Positions 1 to 9,144 of a stretch of DNA of 64,000 nucleotides are shown in pieces. A model generated the notes under the pieces. It ran no database searches and was not told the origin of the DNA. It saw only the letters and a program-made list of their open reading frames with translations. Every line of letters begins with the position of its first letter. Position 1 is the stretch's first letter. Position numbers and translations under genes: made by a program. The stretch is from a virus (Duplodnaviria; Heunggongvirae; Uroviricota; Caudoviricetes). The stretch lies in the IMG/VR virus record IMGVR_UViG_2645727948_000011; one strand, 5' to 3'.

Positions 1-242
1 AAGTTTGTAGCCTCTTGGCTGCTTAATAATGCTCGCCCATTGTCCACACCTCGTCCATCATCCCAACCTCGAATAAATTCGCCCCGTAGATCCGGCAATT
101 TATTAGTGGGGTAAACCTTTGCCAGATTTGGGTACTTTTCAGAAGAAAATGCTGCACCATTGCATTTCAGCCACCCCGTTGGTGGTGTGGCTGAGGGCCA
201 TGGAACAGGTACACCAACGGGCAGCGCCGAGCCTTCCCCTAA
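1..242 (-). CDS. tail-fibre variable C-terminal cassette, truncated by window edge
   Basis: Minus-strand frame open from ~263 to the window edge; first ~45 codons near-identical to the start of the 253..756 cassette, downstream part diverged but still tail-fibre-like (KLPDLRGEFIRGWDD motif). Confidence 0.55.
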
Positions 243-253
243 ACCAACGTTTT
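109..253. repeat. conserved ~145-bp block, copy 1 of 2 (5' end of tail-fibre cassette)
   Basis: Near-identical to 623..767 with a handful of substitutions; same orientation. Confidence 0.9.
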
Positions 254-259
254 CATGCT
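234..259. other. candidate cix-like invertase crossover site
   Basis: TTCCCCTAAACC-AA-CGTTTTCATGCT; left half-site resembles Gin/Hin half-sites (TTCCTGTAAACC) as I remember them; sits at the end of the conserved block. Confidence 0.4.
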
Positions 260-756
260 GCCCTTACGATGTAATTAAAAGCAACGTTGCGGGGGCGCAT
301 TGATATCCATGCCCCGGTAAAATTATCCTCTGCCGTCCTTTGAGTGCCTGTTATGGAGTTATCTGATGATGCTGGAACATAATCGCTATTATCTCCTGCT
401 TTAGGATTAGCAGGGTTTCCAACAGTTATAACAGAATCAGCAGTAGCATAAGCGATACCTACTTTGACATTAGTAGTCAGATCGACACCGTAATAATCCT
501 GCAAAGCTGTACGAATAAATGTTGCAGTCTGACCACTTAGCAATGAACGCCCTGTATCAATCCCTCTCGAATCATCCCAACCACGGATAAACTCACCGCG
601 TAAATCAGGTAATTTTAACGTTGGGTAAACCTTTGCCAGATTTGGGTACTTTTCAGAAGAAAATGCTGCTCCGTTACATTTCAGCCACCCCGTTGGCGGT
701 GTGGCTGAGGGCCATGGAACAGGTACACCAACAGGCAGTGCAGAGCCTTCCCCCAA
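253..756 (-). CDS. tail-fibre variable C-terminal cassette (Sv-like); frame opens with TTG inside the crossover site, not an independent gene
   Basis: 167-aa translation with GWLKCNGAAFS...YPNLAKVYP...LPDLRGEFIRGWDDSRGID, the pattern of Mu S / P1 S / P2 H fibre C-termini; in-frame stop only 4 codons upstream of the TTG. Confidence 0.75.
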   Translation of the reverse strand: MGEGSALPVGVPVPWPSATPPTGWLKCNGAAFSSEKYPNLAKVYPTLKLPDLRGEFIRGWDDSRGIDTGRSLLSGQTATFIRTALQDYYGVDLTTNVKVGIAYATADSVITVGNPANPKAGDNSDYVPASSDNSITGTQRTAEDNFTGAWISMRPRNVAFNYIVRAA

Positions 757-767
757 ACCAACGTTTT
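623..767. repeat. conserved ~145-bp block, copy 2 of 2
   Basis: Near-identical to 109..253. Confidence 0.9.
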
Positions 768-773
768 AGTCTT
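748..773. other. candidate cix-like crossover site next to the invertase gene
   Basis: TTCCCCCAAACC-AA-CGTTTTAGTCTT, 55 bp upstream of the invertase start; imperfect dyad around a central AA. Confidence 0.45.
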
Positions 774-827
774 AATCCCTACCTATACCAACGATGTATT
801 TTTAACTAAACAAAGAGGTTGTTTTTC

Positions 828-1400
828 ATGCAAATTGGCTACATTCGTGTGTCAACAAATGACCAAAACACAGATTTACAAAGAAATGCACTGAACTGCG
901 CAGGATGTGAACTGATTTTTGAAGATAAAATAAGCGGAACAAAGTCAGCCAGACCAGGCTTGAAAAAGCTGCTCAGAACGTTATCAGAAGGAGATACGCT
1001 GGTTGTCTGGAAGCTGGATAGGCTTGGCAGAAGTATGAAACACCTTATCACGCTTATAGAGGAGTTGCGGGAAAAAGGTGTTAATTTCCGTAGTCTGACA
1101 GACAGTATTGACACATCAACACCCATGGGGCGTTTCTTTTTTCACGTCATGGGGGCTTTAGCAGAAATGGAACGTGAATTAATTGTTGAGAGAACACTGG
1201 CCGGACTGGCAGCTGCACGCGAACAGGGACGCATTGGCGGACGTCGCCCGAAGTTGACAAAAGAACAACATGAGCAAATAGCGAGGTTGATCGAAAATGG
1301 CTACAGCAGGAAACAGTTGGCAATTATTTACGATATCGGTGTATCGACGATTTATCGTTATCATCCTGTAGAGAAGCGCCAAACTCAATCTGAGCTGTAA
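828..1400 (+). CDS. cin: Cin-family serine DNA invertase
   Basis: MQIGYIRVSTNDQNTDLQRNAL...LVVWKLDRLGRS...MGRFFFHVMGALAEMERELIVERT...GGRRPKLT: resolvase/invertase catalytic domain (Ser in RVSTND) plus C-terminal HTH; ATG at 828 with AAAGAGG RBS (the ORF track's TTG at 819 rejected). Confidence 0.95.
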   Translation: MQIGYIRVSTNDQNTDLQRNALNCAGCELIFEDKISGTKSARPGLKKLLRTLSEGDTLVVWKLDRLGRSMKHLITLIEELREKGVNFRSLTDSIDTSTPMGRFFFHVMGALAEMERELIVERTLAGLAAAREQGRIGGRRPKLTKEQHEQIARLIENGYSRKQLAIIYDIGVSTIYRYHPVEKRQTQSEL

Positions 1401-1835
1401 TTCTAATGCCGCGTCGGTGTAATTTATCTTGATAGAATAGGTACATTTATCGCGCGGCACATCAATTCGATGTATCTAGCGCCTGCTGACCGCTAATGAA
1501 AACTGTCCTCGAAATGTTGTCCCTAGCCCGAGACTAGGGTATCACCTCTGGAAAGCATACGCAGAACCTTTTTTAACCCAGGGTGCCCAGCCTTTTTGCT
1601 GCTCGCCTTATTCGCAAAAATTAGCTCACATCCTGCGCTTTCAAGTGCTTTTCACTGCATAGCTGTGTTTTGTTCATTTGTCTATATGCGTACATAGCCT
1701 ATTAGCATATTTTCTGCCCACTATCGTTATTTATTGCAAGCTACAGGTTTTAATTAACAAAACCAGTGTGTGTGGAAATCACAAAGTGCATACCGTTCTC
1801 AGATGTTGTTCAACTTACTGTTGTATAGGTAAAAA

Positions 1836-2099
1836 ATGACATTTTATGTACATATCGTGATGTTATCCCTTCTTGGTGGGGTGTATTCGTATTTGAGTGG
1901 GCTATGTGAAAACCGTTACGAGTCTTCATGCAAGAAATTGCTGGCCGAATGTATTTCCGCCGTACTTGCTGGCTTTATTGGCATGTATCTCGCGGAATAT
2001 AAGGATATGAATGAAAGCCTTCAGAGCTGCATGGTTCTTATTTTCAGCGCCAATAGCAGGCTTATTATTGAAGGTTCCAAAAGTCGGTTGAATAGGTAA
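1836..2099 (+). CDS. small hydrophobic membrane protein (possibly LydC-like)
   Basis: 87-aa ORF with a hydrophobic N-terminal segment; position upstream of the holin gene; weak RBS. Confidence 0.45.
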   Translation: MTFYVHIVMLSLLGGVYSYLSGLCENRYESSCKKLLAECISAVLAGFIGMYLAEYKDMNESLQSCMVLIFSANSRLIIEGSKSRLNR

Positions 2100-2173
2100 G
2101 TCTCTTATGCAACATAACCGGTTGAGAAGTTACTTTGCATACCATTACCTCCTGACAACGTAGGAGGGAACTT

Positions 2174-2503
2174 GTGCTTGACACACAGGAATTAGCTCCA
2201 GTTGCTATTGCGCTCCTGCTTTCAGTAATTGGTGGGATAGGCACGTTCCTGATGGATGTCCGAGACGGTCGCCAGTCTGGCAATTTGTTGGGATTGGTTA
2301 CGGAGATCTTTGTTGCAGTGACAGCTGGCGCGGTGGCGTACCTATTGGGGCAACACGAGGGCTGGGAGTTATCAATTACGTACTTAATGGTAACGATAGC
2401 CAGCAATAACGGTCATGAGGTGATTTCAGGGATGAAACGAGTGAATATCGATAGCATTCTGAATGTTCTTACAAGTTTGGTGAAAAAGGGAGGCGGGAAA
2501 TGA
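2174..2503 (+). CDS. lydA: holin LydA-like
   Basis: 109-aa membrane protein, GTG start preceded by AGGAGGG; length and position match P1 LydA. Confidence 0.7.
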   Translation: MLDTQELAPVAIALLLSVIGGIGTFLMDVRDGRQSGNLLGLVTEIFVAVTAGAVAYLLGQHEGWELSITYLMVTIASNNGHEVISGMKRVNIDSILNVLTSLVKKGGGK

Positions 2504-2943
2504 TTGGCTGGGGTGTATGCGTTCTTGCGTTAGCCTTAGCCGATCGCTATTTGCTAAAACGCAAGGACATCACGCATTTAGAACTTGGTGATGTGGAAAT
2601 TAAACCGGGTTTCATCCGGGTGCCGTTCAAATACCGGTCTAAATTCCCGTTTTTGCGCGGCGCAACGGTCAGATATTGGATCCGCGATGTTCAGAAGCCG
2701 ACGACAGTGATTGAAGGCGAACAACGTTGTTTGACGTCGGCTGAACAGGGCGAAAACAGTGAATGGTTGTACATACCCACTGAATATATGGGTAAAGGAG
2801 AGCGACTGTGGCATTTCAACGTCATGGTTACGCATGGCGACTCGTTCATTAACCCGTTGTATCGGATTTTCCCTGTTACTCAGCAAATCCGCAGAAGTTA
2901 CGTAATAAATCTCGCACAGGATGTGTCAGATGACGAAAAATAA
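2500..2943 (+). CDS. lydB: antiholin LydB-like
   Basis: 147 aa, 4-nt overlap with lydA; N-terminal hydrophobic segment. Confidence 0.65.
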   Translation: MIGWGVCVLALALADRYLLKRKDITHLELGDVEIKPGFIRVPFKYRSKFPFLRGATVRYWIRDVQKPTTVIEGEQRCLTSAEQGENSEWLYIPTEYMGKGERLWHFNVMVTHGDSFINPLYRIFPVTQQIRRSYVINLAQDVSDDEK

Positions 2944-3532
2944 GTATGCAACGGTCGATTTTGACCAGGTTAATGAAAAGGGGCTGAAATCCCTTATCGC
3001 GGCGATCAATAAAACCGGTGTTACGGTAATTGAGGTTGACTCCAGCAACCGCGCAACAACGAAAGATGGCGTTAAAGTTAAAACCGCAAAGCTGGTTCTT
3101 AACGACGGACAAATTCTTGCCATACAGGTAAACGATACTGGCGATATATCGTCTGTGAGGCTGAATGGAAAAGCTATTCCTAACGCTCAATCGCCGGATA
3201 TCAAGACGCTTGGTACCGTCATGGGGCAAGCGGCCCGCAAAAACTCCGCAAAATTCCAGAAATCACTGATCGCCAAAGCGAAACGTGTTGCCAATCCGGT
3301 AGACAAGAAACCGGCAGTAAAATCCAACTTTCAGCGCCTGCAAGAGGCAAAACAGCGGAATGCTCAGGTGGTTGCCGCTTATAAATCAGCGCAGAACTCG
3401 GTGTCTTTCAATCAACAGCAGATCACTGATTTGCGGGCGAAGCTGGATAAGGAGACAGGCCGACTCAATAACGAAAAGGCCCGAAATGGCGAACTCAAAC
3501 GCCGTCTTAAGCAACTGAAAGCAGGAAATTAA
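2921..3532 (+). CDS. hdf: Hdf-like Dar-system protein
   Basis: 203-aa ORF immediately upstream of darA; coiled-coil C-terminus; assignment positional. Confidence 0.55.
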   Translation: MCQMTKNKYATVDFDQVNEKGLKSLIAAINKTGVTVIEVDSSNRATTKDGVKVKTAKLVLNDGQILAIQVNDTGDISSVRLNGKAIPNAQSPDIKTLGTVMGQAARKNSAKFQKSLIAKAKRVANPVDKKPAVKSNFQRLQEAKQRNAQVVAAYKSAQNSVSFNQQQITDLRAKLDKETGRLNNEKARNGELKRRLKQLKAGN

Positions 3533-3533
3533 C

Positions 3534-5453
3534 ATGGAACAGTTCAATATCAATAAAGGGGTGACGATCAAGCCTGGGCTTGACGTGCTTCCCCCGCCAG
3601 TGACTGATGATGAATATCGCGCATTAATGGCCGGTGAGGACCGCTATCTGATGACGGAATCCAACACCCTGGAGGAAATCGAGGCTACGTTCTTCTATGA
3701 CACGCCGATCCACTGGTGTGCTACGGATTTACTGGAGGCGATTAGTTCTACTCGTTTGCAGTTACACCGGACCATGCAGGCATTTGTCCGGGCATTGAAC
3801 CAGAAGCTGAATGGTACCGGAATCTCTGCGGGGAGTGATAAAACGGGGGATGTGGCCCAGAGCGGCGCGCGCGCGATCGGCGGCGCTGAAATTGGCCGGG
3901 CACGTAACGTTAACGGGCTGCCGGTCTTGCCAGCCATTATTCCGCTCAGTGATGGTCAGACTATCAGCATTCTGTTTCATAGCCCGACAGCGGAAAACCG
4001 GATCACCAATAGCGATACGCTGGTTGCTTTCCAGTTCTTACTGAATAAAAAAGACGTTACTCACACCGTTGCTCCGATGAGTGGACGTGATATGACGCTG
4101 GCGCAGGTCACCATGAAACTTGCCAACCTTGCAGAGAAAAACTCGGCAAAATTCCAGCGTGCGCAGAAGAAGAAAAAAGCCCTTGTTGATGAAATAACCC
4201 AACTACAGGCTGACAGTGACCAGAAAGAGGATGCCATGAGCGACCTCGCGGATCAGGTGGCAGCGGTAGAAGGGCAGAAGGCAGATCTGGAGCAGAAAAT
4301 TAACGCTGTTGCATCGGAAGCGGATTCTCTTTATGAAGAGAATGAGCGTTTGCAGACGGAGATTGATCAGCTCAATCGCACAGGTGGGCGCGATACCATT
4401 GATCCAGCGGGGATGACTGGTGGGCACTCGCGCGCGCTGACGGATCGCCTTGCCAGTATCAAAAATCGTATGCATATGAACGGGGAAGTGACGCTCAGTA
4501 ATGGAGCATCAATGAAGCAATTCATTGAGGACGGCGAAGGGTATATCCAGTTAACCGATCCGGATGGCAGCGTATACATGATCAAGGCTAAATCCATACA
4601 GGGTGTGGACATGGCAGATGCGATCGGCAAGCTGTTTAAAGCCTATAAAGCGGGTAATGTATCGGAATACCTGGTCCAACCAGAAGAACATAAACCGGAA
4701 AACGTCGAACCTGAACCAGCGGAGGATACCGGTAGCTCTTCGCCTGAACCAGAAGTCTCTGTAGGTGCATATCGATATGCCCTGCAAATGCGTCCGGCGG
4801 CCCCTGGCGCAATACCTGAAGGTAACAAAGCAATTCTGCCGCGCCCTGATGAAGGTGACCCGTATTATGAATATGCACGCTACGGCATTGCTACTTACGA
4901 TACCCCGCTTTCTGATCAGCAAATGAGTGAGTACGACCTGAAGTTATTGCCTCGCGAGGATTCTTTCGACTTCCTGGCGAAGACACTTACTAATGGTCCG
5001 TTTGGCAAATATGCACAAAAAGCTCTGGAGCTGGCCACCAGCTCACCAGACGAGTTCCGCGTAATGCTGAAAACTCAGTTTCAAAAAACTTTCCCCAATA
5101 TTGCGTTTCCTGGGGGCGCTGGCACCGAGAAAATGGTGCAGAGCATGATCAATGCATTGCAGGCCGAAGTCGGTGAGATTACTCAGCCAGAACCGGCCCC
5201 GGCACAGCCTGATGAAACGGTTAGCGAAGCAGATGCAGAGGCTAATAAAGCCATTGAATATCTCAATAACGTGATGGATATACAAAGCACTGACATGGCG
5301 GAGATCCGTAACGCCCGGGGCAATGTCCGGGAAGCGATTGCAGCCCTTCAGGCTGCCGGACGTTTTGAGGAAAACGAAGAGCTGGTTAACGGCGCAGCTC
5401 GCCACCTGGCTGATCTGTTGGTAGCAATCCAGAAAGCGGGGGTAGCGGCATGA
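3534..5453 (+). CDS. darA: DarA-like internal head / antirestriction protein
   Basis: 639-aa ORF; length and operon position match P1 DarA. Confidence 0.75.
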   Translation: MEQFNINKGVTIKPGLDVLPPPVTDDEYRALMAGEDRYLMTESNTLEEIEATFFYDTPIHWCATDLLEAISSTRLQLHRTMQAFVRALNQKLNGTGISAGSDKTGDVAQSGARAIGGAEIGRARNVNGLPVLPAIIPLSDGQTISILFHSPTAENRITNSDTLVAFQFLLNKKDVTHTVAPMSGRDMTLAQVTMKLANLAEKNSAKFQRAQKKKKALVDEITQLQADSDQKEDAMSDLADQVAAVEGQKADLEQKINAVASEADSLYEENERLQTEIDQLNRTGGRDTIDPAGMTGGHSRALTDRLASIKNRMHMNGEVTLSNGASMKQFIEDGEGYIQLTDPDGSVYMIKAKSIQGVDMADAIGKLFKAYKAGNVSEYLVQPEEHKPENVEPEPAEDTGSSSPEPEVSVGAYRYALQMRPAAPGAIPEGNKAILPRPDEGDPYYEYARYGIATYDTPLSDQQMSEYDLKLLPREDSFDFLAKTLTNGPFGKYAQKALELATSSPDEFRVMLKTQFQKTFPNIAFPGGAGTEKMVQSMINALQAEVGEITQPEPAPAQPDETVSEADAEANKAIEYLNNVMDIQSTDMAEIRNARGNVREAIAALQAAGRFEENEELVNGAARHLADLLVAIQKAGVAA

Positions 5454-5815
5454 CACTATCAGCTATTGAGTTAATGGATCTCAGCGATAAGTTGGATGCT
5501 CTGATGTCCAAAGCGGCGACCGCGAGTGGCATGGAGTTGCTGGATATCAGCGATGAAATTGACCAGATCATGCAACAGATGGGGTACGGCGCGTCCGGCG
5601 GTGGTAGTGGCGAGGAAAAACAACCTTCGGAACATGATGGTGTGCCAAAACTGGTTGCTGATTTCCTGGCTGATAAATTCGTCGATCAGAGCACCGATGC
5701 ATTTATCGGTACCTTGCAGGATTTGAGTCAATATGTTGGCACATACATCGACCTGGACCAGGTTAAACAGCACACGGCGGCATGGATAGCCGCCAACATT
5801 AAAGAGGCAGCATAA
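5450..5815 (+). CDS. ddrA: DdrA-like protein
   Basis: 121 aa, 4-nt overlap with darA; positional. Confidence 0.55.
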   Translation: MTLSAIELMDLSDKLDALMSKAATASGMELLDISDEIDQIMQQMGYGASGGGSGEEKQPSEHDGVPKLVADFLADKFVDQSTDAFIGTLQDLSQYVGTYIDLDQVKQHTAAWIAANIKEAA

Positions 5816-5827
5816 GGCGTAACAGGG

Positions 5828-8815
5828 ATGAGCTTAAGCGATCAGGTGGTAATGGCCACCAGCATAGAAACGCTGATCGAGCTGCTAAAGAACCTGCCCG
5901 ATTATGGGCGGGTTTCGTATGTGGTGACAGCGAAGGGAGACGAGGTAAAAACAGCGTTTGATATCGTCGATGCCTCAGTTCTTTTGGTATCCAATACTCT
6001 GGATGGGAAAATTAATCCAGACTATCCCCAGGAACTTCAGCCGCGCGACCGGACCCGCGCATCCAGCCTTCTTCAGGTTAACCAGATATCCAAAGATTTG
6101 CGGCCTGCTCAGCTTACTGATTCCGGTTTATCCAGCCATGGTGCGCCGATAATTGGTGAGGACAATGCCGTTGAGTCAGGTAATGGACGGACCATGGGGA
6201 TCATCAAAGCCTATCAGGACGGCAATGCGGATCGGTATCGTGAGTACCTGATTGAACATGCGACCGAATTCGGCATACGACCTGAAAAGGTTGAATCAAT
6301 GACGGCTCCGGTACTGGTGCGCCGCCGGTTAACTAAGGTTGATCGCGTTCAGTTTGCCAAGGACTCAAATATTTCTGATCTTCAGGAAATGGCAGCCAGT
6401 GAAAAGGCTTTTGTTGATGCCGACAGCATAACACCGGCGATGATGGCGTTGTTTAACCCGTCAGAAAGCGGAGATCTGCTTAGCCGCAGTAATGACGCGT
6501 TTATTCGCGGATTTATGACGCAAGTTGGTGCCACACAGGCGGCTGGCCTTGTAACTGAAGATGGGCGACCAACACGGCAACTTGTAGACCGTATACAAAA
6601 CGCGATCTTTGCCAAGGCATATAAGGATGCGCGCCTGGTAAGGATGGTTGCAGAAGAACCTGATCCGGACATGCGTAATGTTCTGACGGCGCTTAATGCG
6701 GCAGCCAATGATTTTGTCCAGATGCAGGCTTTATCAGGAGAAGCGCACAAGCAGGCTGTGACAACTATTGTTGATGGCATTGAGACAGCGGATAGCCTCG
6801 ATAAAAAGGCGCTGGCGGCATTGAAAGATGCGGTAGACCTGGTAAGGCAATCGAAGGAGTCAGGCCAACATATTACCGATGTTATTGCTCAGGGGGATAT
6901 GTTCAGCGAAACAGCCCCGGAAGTGAAAGCTCTCGCGTTGTTCATCGTCGCGAATAACCGTAGCGCGAAGCGTATGGCCACCGCCTTTAAATTGATGGCT
7001 CAACGTATCAATGATGAGTTACAGCACCAGGGCCAGGCGCTCGGGGATATGTTTGGCGGCGGCGATGTGTCGTTACAGGATATCCTTCGCCAGGTATCTC
7101 AGGAACTGGAAAACGAAGGTATGCAAGGGATATCCGGCGGTCTTTTCGAGTCAGCTTCCGGCGGTAGTTACAACGGTGTTGCTCCATATACCAGCTTGCT
7201 ATTACATCGGGCATCCGGCATCAAAGACATTATTCATCTGATCAGGCTGCTATCCCGCACCGATCCCCAGGATGAGCAGCTTGTACAAGTGCTTGCGCAT
7301 TTTGTCCGAATGCCTGTTGCCGACGTAAAAAAATGGTGCCGATTATTCGGTATCAGCAATTCGTTACTTCGCGGATTGTTAAATTACGCATCCTCCCTTG
7401 GGCGCGACGGCTTTGATGAGATAGCGCAGGCGATAAAAAACGGAGATATGCCACCAGCTATTGACTGGTTTTCCATTCGCCCAACCAGGGTGAAAGCATT
7501 CCTTAGCGCGGCGCAATCAGCATCACCATTGGCAGAAATGGTTCAGAGGTTGTCGCTCATATTCACAGACCATACCGCGTTGGGTGATCTGACTCTGGAC
7601 GAGATGAAAGAAGCCTCCATTCAGTGGGCCGATCAACAAAATGAGGTTAACTCTGACTTCTTGCCAGCATTCAGGAAGGCCGTTAGTAAAGCTGATGATG
7701 CCCGTGGAATTCTGAGGGCATTTAAGGCATTGCAAAGTCAGGTTAATAAACATGTCGGTGATATCGATGGGGTAACGGCGGAAGGCAGGGATATCCTTAA
7801 AGAGCACGGCATAACGCCAGAGTTTATTGATGAGATCAGGACTGATATGCAGCGTGAGGTCGTATCGTCCCTGCAAATCGTAGCCAGAGCGTTGGCGGAT
7901 GCTAATCCGAAGAGTGCGGCCATTGTTAACCGGGTTATTGGTGATATTGAAGCATCGGAGGGCATGGGGGCGCTGAAACTCTTCCTTTCGCGAGCGTTTA
8001 ATCCTAACGGCAATATTCTCCCTGGCATTATTGGTGAGGCTAAAAAGTATGTCAGTGAAGAAGAACTTTCGCAGCTTGACCAACTACTTAAGCGATTCTC
8101 ATATAACCCGCAGACACGCTGGCAAATGAATCAGCGAAGTATGGGTTCGGTCCACGAGAAAGTGTTATCTGCCATGAACAGTGCGATCGCCAACTCATCC
8201 GTATCTGAAGAAAAAGCTCTTGAGTGGGCCGACTCTTTTATCACGGAAGAAGTGGAAGAAGCCCGCGCTGGACAGAATGGTGGGATAGACCTGCGCAAGG
8301 AACTTGCTGATATTTATCGCCTGACCGGCGGTAAAATTTCGACCTTATCAAAGGTGGTTCACCACCAGGGAAGGGCATATGCAAATCTTAATGGTGTTGT
8401 TGCTGTCAATTTGAACGATGAAAATGCAAGTGCACTGTGGCACGAGCTGGGTCATCATCTTGAGTACAGTAACCCTGGTTTGTTAGAGAAAGCCCGGTCA
8501 TTCCTGAAGGCCAATGTTGAAGGGGATAAGCCATCTTTCGTCAATATCGGTGGGCGTGGCAAGCCTGAATGGTGCTTCAGATCTCGATTGAGTAATATTT
8601 ATATGGCGAAGGTATACCCGCCAGCCTCAGTAAGTAACACCGGGAAAATTCGGCAGAAATCACCGACTATTTCCAAAACGTCAGCAACGGAAGTATTCTC
8701 TATGGCTCTTCAGTTGTATCATGACAAAGAGGCCGCTGCCGCATCACTGATGAATGGTGACGGATTGCTGGAACTGTTATTAGGTGTGGCAAAGGAGCTA
8801 AATAATGCAGATTAA
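5828..8815 (+). CDS. ddrB: DdrB-like large Dar-system protein with C-terminal HExxH motif
   Basis: 995-aa ORF; WHELGHHLE (zincin-like HExxH) near the C-terminus. Confidence 0.65.
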   Translation: MSLSDQVVMATSIETLIELLKNLPDYGRVSYVVTAKGDEVKTAFDIVDASVLLVSNTLDGKINPDYPQELQPRDRTRASSLLQVNQISKDLRPAQLTDSGLSSHGAPIIGEDNAVESGNGRTMGIIKAYQDGNADRYREYLIEHATEFGIRPEKVESMTAPVLVRRRLTKVDRVQFAKDSNISDLQEMAASEKAFVDADSITPAMMALFNPSESGDLLSRSNDAFIRGFMTQVGATQAAGLVTEDGRPTRQLVDRIQNAIFAKAYKDARLVRMVAEEPDPDMRNVLTALNAAANDFVQMQALSGEAHKQAVTTIVDGIETADSLDKKALAALKDAVDLVRQSKESGQHITDVIAQGDMFSETAPEVKALALFIVANNRSAKRMATAFKLMAQRINDELQHQGQALGDMFGGGDVSLQDILRQVSQELENEGMQGISGGLFESASGGSYNGVAPYTSLLLHRASGIKDIIHLIRLLSRTDPQDEQLVQVLAHFVRMPVADVKKWCRLFGISNSLLRGLLNYASSLGRDGFDEIAQAIKNGDMPPAIDWFSIRPTRVKAFLSAAQSASPLAEMVQRLSLIFTDHTALGDLTLDEMKEASIQWADQQNEVNSDFLPAFRKAVSKADDARGILRAFKALQSQVNKHVGDIDGVTAEGRDILKEHGITPEFIDEIRTDMQREVVSSLQIVARALADANPKSAAIVNRVIGDIEASEGMGALKLFLSRAFNPNGNILPGIIGEAKKYVSEEELSQLDQLLKRFSYNPQTRWQMNQRSMGSVHEKVLSAMNSAIANSSVSEEKALEWADSFITEEVEEARAGQNGGIDLRKELADIYRLTGGKISTLSKVVHHQGRAYANLNGVVAVNLNDENASALWHELGHHLEYSNPGLLEKARSFLKANVEGDKPSFVNIGGRGKPEWCFRSRLSNIYMAKVYPPASVSNTGKIRQKSPTISKTSATEVFSMALQLYHDKEAAAASLMNGDGLLELLLGVAKELNNAD

Positions 8816-9113
8816 AATCGCAGCGCCATTAGGCGGAGATGCCATTATCGAATTTGATGATAATGAAGAAGTTTCCGGGCGTTTAAGCATTATCTCCGGT
8901 GACATTACCGAGGACATGATCGCTGAAGCCATAGCTGGGGCAAATCCCAATAGCTATATGGGATTCGTTAACACCCTTGATGCTCCCGCAAGTGATGTTC
9001 TCCGAACGCTGCATCTTTACGCTGGCTGGTTTGTTGATTGGCCAGCAGTAGATGGTGGCGATGAGGACGACGACGATGATTTTGGTGATCATGTAGACCA
9101 GATCGTATATTGA
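8805..9113 (+). CDS. small acidic protein, last gene of the darA operon
   Basis: 102 aa ending in an Asp/Glu-rich tail (GGDEDDDDDFGD); overlaps ddrB by 11 nt. Confidence 0.5.
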   Translation: MQIKIAAPLGGDAIIEFDDNEEVSGRLSIISGDITEDMIAEAIAGANPNSYMGFVNTLDAPASDVLRTLHLYAGWFVDWPAVDGGDEDDDDDFGDHVDQIVY

Positions 9114-9116
9114 AGA

Positions 9117-9141
9117 AATCCCGCCAATTGGCGGGATTTTT
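9117..9141. terminator. bidirectional rho-independent terminator
   Basis: AATCCCGCC-AATT-GGCGGGATT followed by TTT; sits between convergent operons. Confidence 0.75.
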
Positions 9142-9144
9142 ACC

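Noticed and set aside
819-827. TTG start at 819 for the invertase (ORF-track MFFMQ...)
   Set aside because: ATG at 828 sits at proper spacing from the AAAGAGG RBS and gives the conserved MxIGY invertase N-terminus.
1400-1835. Possible Lpa-dependent late promoter upstream of the lyd/dar operon
   Set aside because: I do not trust my memory of the late-promoter consensus enough to place it.
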